Assembly: GCA_020184695.1 (NCBI GenBank)
Contig: JAANOX010000276.1
Coordinates: 124,001-188,000 of the forward strand
Reading direction: 5' to 3'
Length of the DNA: 64,000 bases
Source: Histomonas meleagridis 2922-C6/04-290x
Taxonomy: Eukaryota > Protista > Parabasalia
This document shows positions 36,501-47,123 of the stretch, piece by piece. Made by a program: the position numbers and the translations under genes. Each line of letters begins with the position of its first letter. Within the stretch, counting starts at the first letter, position 1. A model generated the notes under the pieces. That model was given only the letters and a program-made list of their open reading frames with translations, did not search any database and was not told the DNA's origin.

Positions 36501-38508
36501 TAAAATAAGTTAACTGATTTAAAGTTGATATCAATTTTATGTTCAAGAAGTAATTGAACCGTTTCACAATAACCATTGATAGATGCTAAAATAAGCGCTG
36601 TGTTAAATATTTTTAGTTAACACCAAAATTATATTTTATATTCGAAAGTAATAAGAAAAATTTTAATTAAAATAAAATAAAATCATGTAAATTGACATCA
36701 ATCTTTTTATGATTAAGAAGTAATCTAATAATTTCGATATAGTTATTTTTAATAGCAAACATTAGTGCTGTGTAAAATAATTTAAGTAAATCCCAGTTAT
36801 TATAATGAAATTTTATTTGATTTAAAGAAAAATTAAAACAAATAAATAAAAATTTGCTGCATTCACATTAACCATTTTATAATTAAGAAGCAATTTAACG
36901 ATTTCAATGTATCCATTTTGTGCTGCATCAATAAGTGCTGTCCATCATAATATGTATATATTCTAAATTTTAGAAATAATCTCCAAATATTGAAAATTAA
37001 AATTAAAAAAAATAAAGAAAAATTTACTGCATTAACATTAATTCTTTTCTGCTCAAGAAGTAATTTAACAATTTCAATGTTATTATTATGAACTGCCATA
37101 AAAAATGCAGTATAAAATACACAAAATGAATTCCAAAAATGTTATTGAAATTCCAAATGGTAAAAACAATTTTTATTTTTTTCATTTATTTTAATACTTT
37201 TTTGTTCAAGAAGAAATTTAACTACATCAAAATAACCTTCACTACATGCAACAATTAACGGTGTATAAAATTTTTAAAATAAATTTTATTAAATATTTTA
37301 AAACTCCAAATTATTAAAATATTTTTTATTAAATACAATGAAACATATTTTATATTTACATTAATTTCTCCTATGTCAAGAAGTAGTTTAACAATTTCTT
37401 TGTTTCCTGATCTTACTGCTGATATTAAAGCCTTTTTTGGTATTTCATTTCCATCTGAAAAAAGTTTTAATAGAAATATATTTCCACTTTCGACTGATTC
37501 TATTATCAATTCTTTAAAATTTAATTTCTTTTCTATCAAAAAAGACAAAATTTCATAATTGTTATATATAATACATTTTTTAGCTAATTCAGTTAAATCT
37601 TCTTCTTTAATGTTTTCATTATCAAAAAAATATCGGAAAATTTCATTCCTATGATATTCTATTGCTATTTCGATTGATCCTTCGAAGTTTGAGTGATTTT
37701 GCTCACAAATATAAACAATTTCAAGATTTCCACCTGCAACAGCATATATCCCAGTGTTTTTTATGTCAACATTATTTAACACTAAGAATTTGAAACATTT
37801 AATTGATCCAAAGAATGCAGCATAATCAACAAGTGAAACATTTTCTTTATTAATGAATGAATATCTTTCATATAAAGATGGCTCTATAATTTGTTTAAAA
37901 TCGAATTTTGGTTCTGTTGAAATTTCTTGAAGTTTTTCTATTTCATCATTTCGAATTATTTTAACAATATTAGAAGGATTAGTTCCTTCTCGAATGAATT
38001 GCTTGTGGAGCTTCCAATCATCCTTCCTAAGTTCTTCAATATGTTCAAAAATTTTTTTATGAAACGGATTATCACTTGTTAAATCTTTTAATGCATTAAT
38101 TTCTTCATTCGTTTTATAATGAATAAAATATAATGATTTCATGTAGCGGACAATTTTAGAATTTATTAAGTTTTCTTCAATTAACTTTTCTAAAAGAAAA
38201 TTTGATTCTTGTGAATTTAAATGAATAAGTAATTGTGTAAAAATATTAATTATTGTGTTCGAATATTTAGTAGAAAATATTTTAAGAAATTGTAAATATC
38301 CATTAAAGTTTTTATGTGAAATGATATGTAAATAAATTAATCGACTTATAACTATCAAAGAAGAATATGGATAATTAGAATCAATTAATTTATTTATCAA
38401 TTCTACTGATTCAGGAATATTTTTTTCATTTACCTTTAAAACACTGTTTTGTATAATTTGTAGATATTGAATATAATTGGTTTCCTTTGCTACATCAAAT
38501 TTTTTCAT
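33578..38508 (-). CDS. DUF3447 + long ankyrin-repeat protein (~22 repeats), each repeat interrupted by an AT-rich segment
   Basis: ORF 37255-38508 carries DUF3447 motifs. From 33.6 to 37.3 kb there is an ~170-nt periodic array of TAL..AS..G...EIV.LLLEQEGIDINAK units separated by mostly 68-nt inserts. Confidence 0.7.
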
Positions 38509-38930
38509 TCCTCTGCTTTGCAGAATTTCGGATCCAAAACGATTAATATGCGAAAAAGTGATGGTTTTTTGAATGCGAAATTTTCAAATTTTGAATAGCC
38601 GATACAAGCCAAAAAAAGATAAAAGTATTCAAATGAATACAAAATTACGATGTTTGATTTGCAAATCCCTGAAATTTTTTGTTCGACACACAAACAATGT
38701 TTTTTATGTAATTAGAAAGCATTGAATAAGGGATAAGAACAAACAAATTTTGTTGACTTTTTTTCTATACACATTATATATATTTTTATGTCTTATTAAA
38801 CAATTAATTGTTTCATTGATTCATTTGATTACAATGTTATTATGATTTTGATACTTGTTAAATTAAAACAAAAAATTATATCTCATAAACCAAAAATTTA
38901 TGAACGCTCTAATGAAAATGATAATTTTCA

Positions 38931-40237
38931 TCACAAAGTTCCTGTGAAAGAGAAATCCGGGAAGTTACATGAAGCCGATTGCACTGCCGAATCGACCGGA
39001 TTTTCAGTAGTGAACTCCGGGTCGAAGTTTGCCGTTATGTTACCCTTATTCTCAGGTATGAACGCCGGTGTATATTTCTTGTTATATACGTCGTCCCAAT
39101 TCAACGAAGAGAAGAATTTCATCTTCTTAATTCTATTAAACCCTGGTCTTAACTGTGGGTCTTTTGTCAATAGTAACCGAATGAAATCGACAGCGTCCTT
39201 CGGTAACATTCCGGGCGGGAAATACGGAACAGCTCTCACTATATTTTGGAGTGTTTTTCCACGATTATCATCGAGGAAAGGATTACCATCAGTCAACATT
39301 TCATACGCAAGTACACCAAGTGCCCACCAATCAACAGCATATGAATATGGCTGACGTAATATTACTTCTGGCGCAAGATATTCAGTGGTACCACAAATAG
39401 TAGTGGCTGTACTATTACTTTCAACAAGTTCTTTGGATAAACCAAAGTCAGTAAGTTTAATGTGGCCTTCGCTATCTAATAATACATTTTCAGGTTTGAG
39501 ATCACGATAAATAATTCCAATTGAATGTAAGTAATTAAGTGCTAACGCAATTTCTGCAATGTATAGACGAGCTTCGTCAATAGGAATGGCACCGCGCTTC
39601 TCCATATGATAAAATAATTCTCCGCCAGACGCATATTCAAGACCTAAATAAAACTTGGAGGAGGTTTGGAATGAAAAACATAAGCGGACAAGAAATGGAT
39701 GCTTGGCCTTCATGAGAATATTACGTTCGGCTATGACTGTATTGATTTTGCTGGTTTCGATGAGTCGCTTCTTTTGAATGGATTTAATGGCAAAAAGTTC
39801 TCCAGTGGTTCGATGTTGAACAAGCATAACTTTACCAAAGAAACCACGTCCAATTGTGGATAAGATACGAAAACTTGCCATAGAAAGAATAGGAGATACT
39901 GTTAGTGAATTGGTAATGGCTGTGCCCCAACGAACTGTCTTCTTTTTCTTTGTAAACTCAAAGGTTATTGGATCACTACCAGGATTTCTTACTACAATGT
40001 TATATGGAGTTTCATTAACATTAATATCCACTTTGGTCTCGGTAGTAAGTGGAATAGTACGTTCAATTTGTTGATAGTTTTTATCTAAATATATCGCACT
40101 TGAGTTAGAAAAAAAACATACAGATTATTTTCGTGAAGAAGAACATAACGAGGAATCGTTTCATCTCCATTTCGGAGTTGAAGGCATCCCCTAAATTCCA
40201 AAATTTCTTGGTTCGAAAGCTCTTCATGTGGGTTCAT
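38931..40237 (-). CDS. AGC-family Ser/Thr kinase (Akt/S6K-like) with N-terminal PH-like domain; two exons
   Basis: GRGFFGKV, FAIK, YRDLKPEN, DFG, GTTEYLAPE and an AGC C-tail NFDPEFT...FPDFSF. Removing the intron at 40099-40121 extends the frame to an ATG at 40237 (MNPHEELSNQEILEFRGCLQLRNGDETIPRYVLLHENNLAIYLDK...). Confidence 0.93.
40099..40121 (-). other. 23-nt spliceosomal intron GTATGTTTTTTTTCTAACTCAAG
   Basis: GT...AG ends and a TCTAAC branch motif close to the 3' end; removal restores a continuous ORF from an upstream ATG. Confidence 0.85.
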
Positions 40238-40306
40238 ATTCAAAATAAAAAACGGTTTAAATATTTTCTGGGCGTGTCACTTTTGGGCCGTTAGAGCTGT
40301 AGACAA

Positions 40307-40993
40307 ATGGAAATTGATGAAAACGTAAAAGCTTATTTAGCTGGGATTATTTATGATGCTGGTAGAGCTCAAGATTCTGCTGATATACTTCTTGAATTAT
40401 TGGAAGCAAAATATACATTTCAAAATAGTGATGCACAACTATTTATTTCTGTTTGGTCTGATTTAATTTCACCTTTGCGTATTGCAATTTTGAACATGAA
40501 AGATGATCTTGGTGAGCAAAGTTCAGCTATAAAGGAATTAAAAAATGTTTTAAATGAAAAATTAAATCAAATCATAAATATTCTCCAAGATATCTTTATT
40601 CCTTTAGCTCAAGATGAACTAACACAAGCAAGTTATATAAAAAAGCTTGCAGATTTCCAAAGATATAAAATAGAATGTTATGATGGTGAAGAAAAAAAAA
40701 CTTTATCAAATGAATCACAAAAAAACTATAAAAAGACACTCACAATACTTGATAACTTCCATGAAAACATTCGAAATGAACTTAATATATCAACAGAACT
40801 TAACTATGCAATTCTCTTAGCTGATTATTTAGATCAAAGACAAACAGCAGAAGAAACTTTAACAAGAATATCAAACGAACTAGAAAACTCAATATCGAAA
40901 TACCCTGAAAAAGAAAGGAGTAAAATCCAAGATTATATTGATATTATGAAAGAAAATTTAGCAAGATGGAATGCTAAAGATAACGAAAATTAA
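40307..40993 (+). CDS. Divergent 14-3-3-like protein
   Basis: YIKKLADFQRYKIE (cf. YLKMKGDYYRY), TELNYAILLADYL (cf. LALNFSVFYYE), DIMKENLARW (cf. QLLRDNLTLW). Confidence 0.75.
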   Translation: MEIDENVKAYLAGIIYDAGRAQDSADILLELLEAKYTFQNSDAQLFISVWSDLISPLRIAILNMKDDLGEQSSAIKELKNVLNEKLNQIINILQDIFIPLAQDELTQASYIKKLADFQRYKIECYDGEEKKTLSNESQKNYKKTLTILDNFHENIRNELNISTELNYAILLADYLDQRQTAEETLTRISNELENSISKYPEKERSKIQDYIDIMKENLARWNAKDNEN

Positions 40994-41085
40994 TAAAACT
41001 GTTTGTAAATAGAAAAAAAAATTGAATATGTTTGTTCGTTTTGAGCGGTTTTTTAGAAATCTGTTGACATTTGTTGACAAGCCAT

Positions 41086-42444
41086 ATGAATGTACAGAAC
41101 ACTTTGGACAAATTTGAAAACAATGCTGCTGAATTTTGGCTTAATAAAATAAAGAAATGTATTTCATTAGGAGTTCCTAATGAACTTGAGTATGCAAAGT
41201 ATTCACTATTACCATTTTTTCGTATGATAGATTTTGATCTTCTTCATTCATTAGAAATAGATCCATTCTATGAACGAATTATTTTATATATAAAAGAAAC
41301 AGAATCAAATCCCACAGATAATCCAATTGATTATTTCAATTTATGTATTGCACATTTAACAATTGGTGATTATTTCCGAGCATTTTCATACTTCCACAAG
41401 GAAACAATTTCCAAAAGTGAAGAACCTTCAACAATTACCGAACTATTTCTTCTTGGAATTTTTTCCTCATATTACTATCGAAATAATGAAACCACAACAT
41501 TTCTTTCTCAAGCCATCGAAACCCCTTCCAATGAGATTACTCCCATCATGGCATTCGAAGCTATTCTCCACATTGCATTTACATATCGACGTGAACAGAA
41601 ATATATTCAAGCTATTGGATACTTCAACAAGCTACAGGAACTCCAACATCCTGTTTTCACCCCAGACGACGTTGCTTTCCAAATCGGTTCCACTTTTTTG
41701 ATGTGCAACAACTTTGAAAAGGGCATTCAAATTCTCGAACCGTTAATTCCCACAAAAAGTTCCGAAATTTTTTTGCAAGTTGCGTATTGCTCAGCATTAA
41801 ATTTCGACTTTCCTAAGGCCTTATCCTATCTTTCCCTTATCTCTAATGATTATCATTATTGTGGTAATCGGGATGCACAATTTCTTCGAGCATATATCGA
41901 ATATCGTACAGATGTATATAATCGTGCTTATGATATTCTTCGTGATTTGATTCGGAATGATGAACTTGATGGATTTGGATGGGGTTTACTTGGAATGATA
42001 TTAATGAAAAATGGGAATCTTCAAGAAGCTCTCTGCTCATTAAAGAATGCAATTGTCCTAGAGCCAAGCATTGTCGAGTTTAAGCGATTTTTTGCAGTTA
42101 CAGCTGACGTCATGGGATATCATGTTGAATCGAAAATATTTTGTGAAAACACAGATTTGTTTCGCATTGGAAAGTTAGCGATTGGAAAACAGTCAAAGAA
42201 CCCGAAACAAATTTCACAAGAAGGTATACAGCAAAAATTGTTTGCAGTTCTTCATGAAATGGATTTAAAGCGATTGCTGAAATCGCCAGCAATCAAACAA
42301 GAAGAAGCATTCGTCAGAGCGCCACCAATACTTCCCGAAGGATTATATGGATTTGTTGAATCGAATGAAATGAAAATTAATGAAAAGATGAAGAAAGTAT
42401 CACTAACATCATCAAGTGAAACAACAAAAGTGTTTTTTAATTAA
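41086..42444 (+). CDS. TPR-repeat protein (Cyc8/UTX-like TPR region possible)
   Basis: Several TPR-like units (AIGYFNKL...VAFQIG; GWGLLGMILMKNGNLQEALCSLKNAIVLEP). An M3-like GAGCGGTT lies at ~41043. Confidence 0.7.
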   Translation: MNVQNTLDKFENNAAEFWLNKIKKCISLGVPNELEYAKYSLLPFFRMIDFDLLHSLEIDPFYERIILYIKETESNPTDNPIDYFNLCIAHLTIGDYFRAFSYFHKETISKSEEPSTITELFLLGIFSSYYYRNNETTTFLSQAIETPSNEITPIMAFEAILHIAFTYRREQKYIQAIGYFNKLQELQHPVFTPDDVAFQIGSTFLMCNNFEKGIQILEPLIPTKSSEIFLQVAYCSALNFDFPKALSYLSLISNDYHYCGNRDAQFLRAYIEYRTDVYNRAYDILRDLIRNDELDGFGWGLLGMILMKNGNLQEALCSLKNAIVLEPSIVEFKRFFAVTADVMGYHVESKIFCENTDLFRIGKLAIGKQSKNPKQISQEGIQQKLFAVLHEMDLKRLLKSPAIKQEEAFVRAPPILPEGLYGFVESNEMKINEKMKKVSLTSSSETTKVFFN

Positions 42445-42554
42445 AGATGTTTTTTATTAATTATAAATAAATGTAAATTAATGATAAATTTTAAATATGT
42501 ATTAAAGTTTGATTGAGCAAAAGTAAATTAAATATTGTTTTGTTTACGATTTAC

Positions 42555-42860
42555 AAATTACTTCTTGAACAAGAAGGAATTGTTATTAAAGCTAAAGATA
42601 TTTATTTGTTTTGTTTATGATTTATTGTAATAATTTTTTATTTCAAAATAATACTTGAAAATTATTTAAGTTGTTTTGTACATCTATATTATTATTGCAT
42701 CTATATGTGGCTACATAGAAATAGTTAAACTTCTAGAACGAGAAAAAATTGCTGTTAATGCCAAAAACATTTGTTTATTTTCCCAAAATAAATTAAAAAT
42801 TTATTTAATATTTATTATAATAATATAAATTTCAAAATAATATTTGGAATTTATTTAAAT
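42555..42860 (+). pseudogene. Degenerate ankyrin-repeat relic with the same type of insert
   Basis: KLLLEQEGIVIKAKDI + insert containing TTTCAAAATAAT + ...ASICGYIEIVKLLE..; no upstream gene body. Confidence 0.6.
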
Positions 42861-43112
42861 TAATTATAGAAAAGAATTGATTATGAAAAAAATAATGTTA
42901 AATTTGTTCAAATGATTGCTTCTAAAATACAACCATAATCAGTGTGTACTGTATGTATATATTATAAAATTAGTGATATCAATCAATAATTTTGTTTATT
43001 ATAAACTTTGTATCTTCTTTTGTAAATGATTTATGGCAATATGAATTTAAAATTTATTGAAAATTTCCTTTTATTATTTAAACAATATAAAAAGATTTTC
43101 ATAAAAACATTT

Positions 43113-44543
43113 TTATTTTTTTGAATAAAACTTTTCCAAACCTTTTGCTATTTTTGGATCTTCTACTAAGAACTTAAACATTGCTAAACATGTCAACTTC
43201 CCAATCATTCTGTAATCTTCGATAGTAAATTGCAACAATGGTTTCACAAGCTTTGATCCCCCGAAACTCATTTCCAATGTATATGAGAAGGGGATCCAGT
43301 ATCTGTTATGATATGCAACTCTCATTATATCCATTCCACCGTCGTGCAAAAAGTTAATTGATTGATCATAATCAAAAAATTTACAAATTTTCGATAAAAT
43401 TTTTGGAAATTTCATTGTATATTCATTTAATTTACAATTATCATTTGCACATGTGTATATAAATGAATCGAATTGTCTTCGATGTCCATGAAAATCTAAA
43501 AAGAAAACAACATTACGAGTCTCAGATAATTTATCAACAATTTTTGTTATTTTACTATTCCCTTGCCAAATTCGATTATAGTCAATGCCTTTTAAACCAG
43601 GCCGAAAATAACCACAGACTACGCCATCAATATTCATCATAGGCATTATTAAAAAAGAAAATCTTTCAAGTAATGTTTTCGAATGTATTTTTTGACTAAA
43701 CAATTCTTCAATAAATGATTCCATGGCATATGAACTATTCGTTTCGCCTGGATGATGTCGTGCACAAATAATAATAAGAGGTTTCGTTCCAGTTGGAAAC
43801 GAGTCTATTTCCTTGGGAAACTCAATGGATGACATTCGATCACTATCCCAGAATATCATTGGCATTGGGATTTTACCAGCGGTTTTGATCGGCGCGAAGA
43901 CTTTGATGTTAAATGAGGACAAAGAACTTAAAAATGATTGAAGCATTGTATAAGTATATGGGTAACTATATGCAAAATATATGGTGTCAGTTGTATTAAC
44001 CTCAAATGTAAAAGAAAATGACCAATTCTTGCGATAATTTTTCCATTGTTGTAATGAAGAACTAACTCGAAACCATCCAATACCTTCTGTTTGATGTTTG
44101 CTTTCTGAAAATGCCACAGGTGATACATTATGAGAAATAAGAACAGAGCGTGATGAGAAACCATTAATGATAAAGGTGTATTGACCAGGTTGAAAATTAC
44201 TGGCTTTAAAGAAAAACCACTGGCGAGGAAATTTCGGGTCTTTGTAGATTTCTATTGAATATGTATTTGGATCAAGGACAAAAACAGATTTTAAATTGGC
44301 ACATTCGAAATTAGCATCAAATATAAGTTCATTTGAGTTTATCGAAGAGTGGTTTGGAAAGACTTCACGAGATGAGGAAAAATTGAATTGTGGATTTTTT
44401 AGTAAAACTTTTTTTTTAGTGAACGGAAAAGTAATCAAAGAATTTTTAGTGGGTAAGATACAAGGATTTTCTAATCTTTTTTTCGGATTTGCTCGATCCA
44501 ATTTTGAGAGAATTTGCTTTTCCATTAAATTTTCATGGTGCAT
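43113..44543 (-). CDS. Cytosolic carboxypeptidase (M14D, CCP/AGBL-like tubulin deglutamylase)
   Basis: FDANFECANL, QWFFF, FAYSYPYTY, ARHHPGE (Zn HxxE), NIDG...NR, DFHGH, YTLEMS. Confidence 0.9.
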   Translation of the reverse strand: MHHENLMEKQILSKLDRANPKKRLENPCILPTKNSLITFPFTKKKVLLKNPQFNFSSSREVFPNHSSINSNELIFDANFECANLKSVFVLDPNTYSIEIYKDPKFPRQWFFFKASNFQPGQYTFIINGFSSRSVLISHNVSPVAFSESKHQTEGIGWFRVSSSLQQWKNYRKNWSFSFTFEVNTTDTIYFAYSYPYTYTMLQSFLSSLSSFNIKVFAPIKTAGKIPMPMIFWDSDRMSSIEFPKEIDSFPTGTKPLIIICARHHPGETNSSYAMESFIEELFSQKIHSKTLLERFSFLIMPMMNIDGVVCGYFRPGLKGIDYNRIWQGNSKITKIVDKLSETRNVVFFLDFHGHRRQFDSFIYTCANDNCKLNEYTMKFPKILSKICKFFDYDQSINFLHDGGMDIMRVAYHNRYWIPFSYTLEMSFGGSKLVKPLLQFTIEDYRMIGKLTCLAMFKFLVEDPKIAKGLEKFYSKK

Positions 44544-44794
44544 GATTATTGAGTGTTTTATTTCAAAAGTGTATAACAAAGCTTCACTTGCTCAAACAAT
44601 GGTATTACTTGTACAATAAACATGTTTACGTTGTTTCATATAAAGCAGTTATTAAGATTAAGCTAACTTACAATTGGCTAATTATTTCCCATGTGTTCAA
44701 ATATAATAAATAAAATATGAAATAACTTAAATAATGAAAAACTATATCATACAAATAGCATAACTCCTATAAAAAAATTTATTCATATTATATT

Positions 44795-45892
44795 CTAAAT
44801 ATCATATACGAAAATCCACAGAAGAGAAACAGGTATTGACACCAAATTTGTCCAAACAAAAGTAAATGTTGGCGAATCCATTTTCATTTTCAACTTATTA
44901 TAACACAAAGAGAATGCATCCAATCCCATTGGCGATGCATACATCATTGTAATTATAGCCCTTTCAGTCTTACTTCGACCGAATGCGAGTCCCCAAAGTA
45001 CAGAAATCAATGGCACAGCAATTGTCTTAATTAGTATGTATGGCAAAGTTTCAACAGCATGGAACCCTAAAAATGGATGTTCATAAAGAAGGCCTCCGGA
45101 AACAAAAAGGCCAGCAGCATAAAGAGCTTTTTGGTGATCTTGTGTGAAGGTATCAATTATTGTAGGCATGGTCCAACCAATAGCACTCCAAATGAGACCA
45201 AGAATAATGCCAACGTTTTGAGGTGTGAGGAATGAAAATAGTATAGCCTTCCATAGAGGTTGTCGTTGATTCTTATCTTTTTCAGATTCCGATTTTTCGC
45301 TGTCTTCACTTTCAAGGTCAATGTCAATATGATCTTCTGGGTCACCTTTGTCAATTCCATCTTCGAGTGGTTCCTCTTCCTCTTCATTTTTTGATGAAGA
45401 TTCTTCTGATGTTGTGCCAACAGGATTGTTGTATTTATAAATTAAAATGTTGGCGATTGGATGAACAATTACAGAGTGAACAATGTATGTGTATACTGCA
45501 ACATGAACGTATTCATCTCCAAAAATGTATTGAACAAGAGGAATGCCAAAATACTCACCATTGAAAAAACAACAACTTAAAAGTGGCCTCAGGAAGTAAA
45601 ATATTTTATATGGACCTTTTCTAATAAAAACATAAATTGTATTTATAAGTAATAATGTGACCTCGATTAAAACCGAAATAATGAATGTAACCCAACTTTC
45701 ATAACTAAGTTTGCTTTTTCCAATTTCCCTAAAAATCATCAGAGAAACACTAACGTTGTGAACAATATTAAATATTAAAATTACATCTTTTGAATTGAAC
45801 ATTTTCAAGAAACAGCAAAGATATCCAAGAGCCATAATGACATTGTTGCATAATATAATTTCAAAGGCATTTAGATAATCAACGAAAGCCAT
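44795..45892 (-). CDS. Auxin efflux carrier (AEC/PIN-like) family membrane transporter
   Basis: Two blocks of ~5 TM helices flanking an acidic loop; NGEYFGIPL, FLTPQNVGIILGL, LIKTIAVPLI. Confidence 0.7.
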   Translation of the reverse strand: MAFVDYLNAFEIILCNNVIMALGYLCCFLKMFNSKDVILIFNIVHNVSVSLMIFREIGKSKLSYESWVTFIISVLIEVTLLLINTIYVFIRKGPYKIFYFLRPLLSCCFFNGEYFGIPLVQYIFGDEYVHVAVYTYIVHSVIVHPIANILIYKYNNPVGTTSEESSSKNEEEEEPLEDGIDKGDPEDHIDIDLESEDSEKSESEKDKNQRQPLWKAILFSFLTPQNVGIILGLIWSAIGWTMPTIIDTFTQDHQKALYAAGLFVSGGLLYEHPFLGFHAVETLPYILIKTIAVPLISVLWGLAFGRSKTERAIITMMYASPMGLDAFSLCYNKLKMKMDSPTFTFVWTNLVSIPVSLLWIFVYDI

Positions 45893-47123
45893 TTTTTGGG
45901 TTGTGTTTTGGGATTATCGTCGTTTTCATAAAAAGTGGAAATTTCTTAAGGGTGACCATCAAAGTTTGCAAAAATCGACCACAGGGAATTGAATCCGTTG
46001 TTTTCCAAAATTAAATGGTGTGCCGCAGCCGATAGATAGTTATGGAACATTATCGTATAAACAAACTTTAAAATTTTGTAAATAACTCATGTTTCATACC
46101 AATTTTTCCAGAAGGGAGCAGAAATAGTCTTTTGAGGTCGATTTTTTAGAAAACCACGAAGAACTCAAAGAATGATCATTGAACAATCAATGAACTAAAT
46201 TATTAATAATTCAAAAAGTTCCTTCACAACACCAAATTTGATTTTTATCAAACAATTAAACCATTTACTTAATGAAAGATGTCATTTATTAATAAAAGAA
46301 ATAAATTCATTGACCATACAACATTTTTGACAAATTAATTGGAAACAATTAAATCATTTTTGCATTTTTTATTGTGGTATAACTCAATTTATAAGATGTT
46401 GAATGTGAACATCCATATCGTATTAATTTTTATGAAAATTTATGTAAAATAATATAATAAGAAAAAATAAATTATCATTTATATATCAATCATTTACGAT
46501 ATAAAGGGTAAATTCAAGTCTCATGTATGAAACATAGTGATATACCCAATCTTTTGGAATAATTCGAAATTGAATTTCTTATTCACAAAAAAATTTGTTC
46601 AAACGGTTTGAATTATTCATAACAAAGTTTGTCAATTCAAGTTCACAAAGTTTTATTATAATAATAACGCTTATTAATATTAATATTATTGGACACGAAA
46701 ATCTGTCCATCCCGGTACTGTATTAATAAAAGTTACTTTTATGATTTATATATATAAATAGATATCAAGAGGGCATTTATTTTTAATTCTAGCTTAATAA
46801 AAAAAAAAATTTTTTTTATTATATTTTTCTCTTTTGTGCAAAAAATGGATTGCAAATTCCGATTGTTAAAGTTCATAGTTTAGCAATTATGCATGGGAAC
46901 AAAGATTTGTTAAAGTAGGCTACCAATAAATACATGAAAAATCTAATTAAAAGAGTCTTTTAAAAAAGCAATAACGAAATGAAAGCATTAACAAACAAAA
47001 TGACTAAAAAAATGGTAAGAACAAATTGAGATCTCTTCGCTCGCATCCAACAACGAAAACGGTTGCTTAACGTACGTAGATATTTTGCCTTCTTTGTCTG
47101 GCATTTTTTATCATTTTAATTTT

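Noticed and set aside
33650-37255. Programmed -1 frameshift as the explanation for the 68-nt inserts (68+1 = 69; hairpin present)
   Set aside because: Some copies have stops in both frames (e.g. 36606-36673; TAG at the 5' side of the 34.8-kb copy), there is no consistent slippery heptamer, and the 25-27 kb inserts vary modulo 3.
38842-39354. 170-aa + strand ORF and other antisense/overlapping ORFs (e.g. 49910-50245, 60262-60861, 15110-15529, 41363-41701)
   Set aside because: Shadows of well-supported genes on the opposite strand or in another frame.
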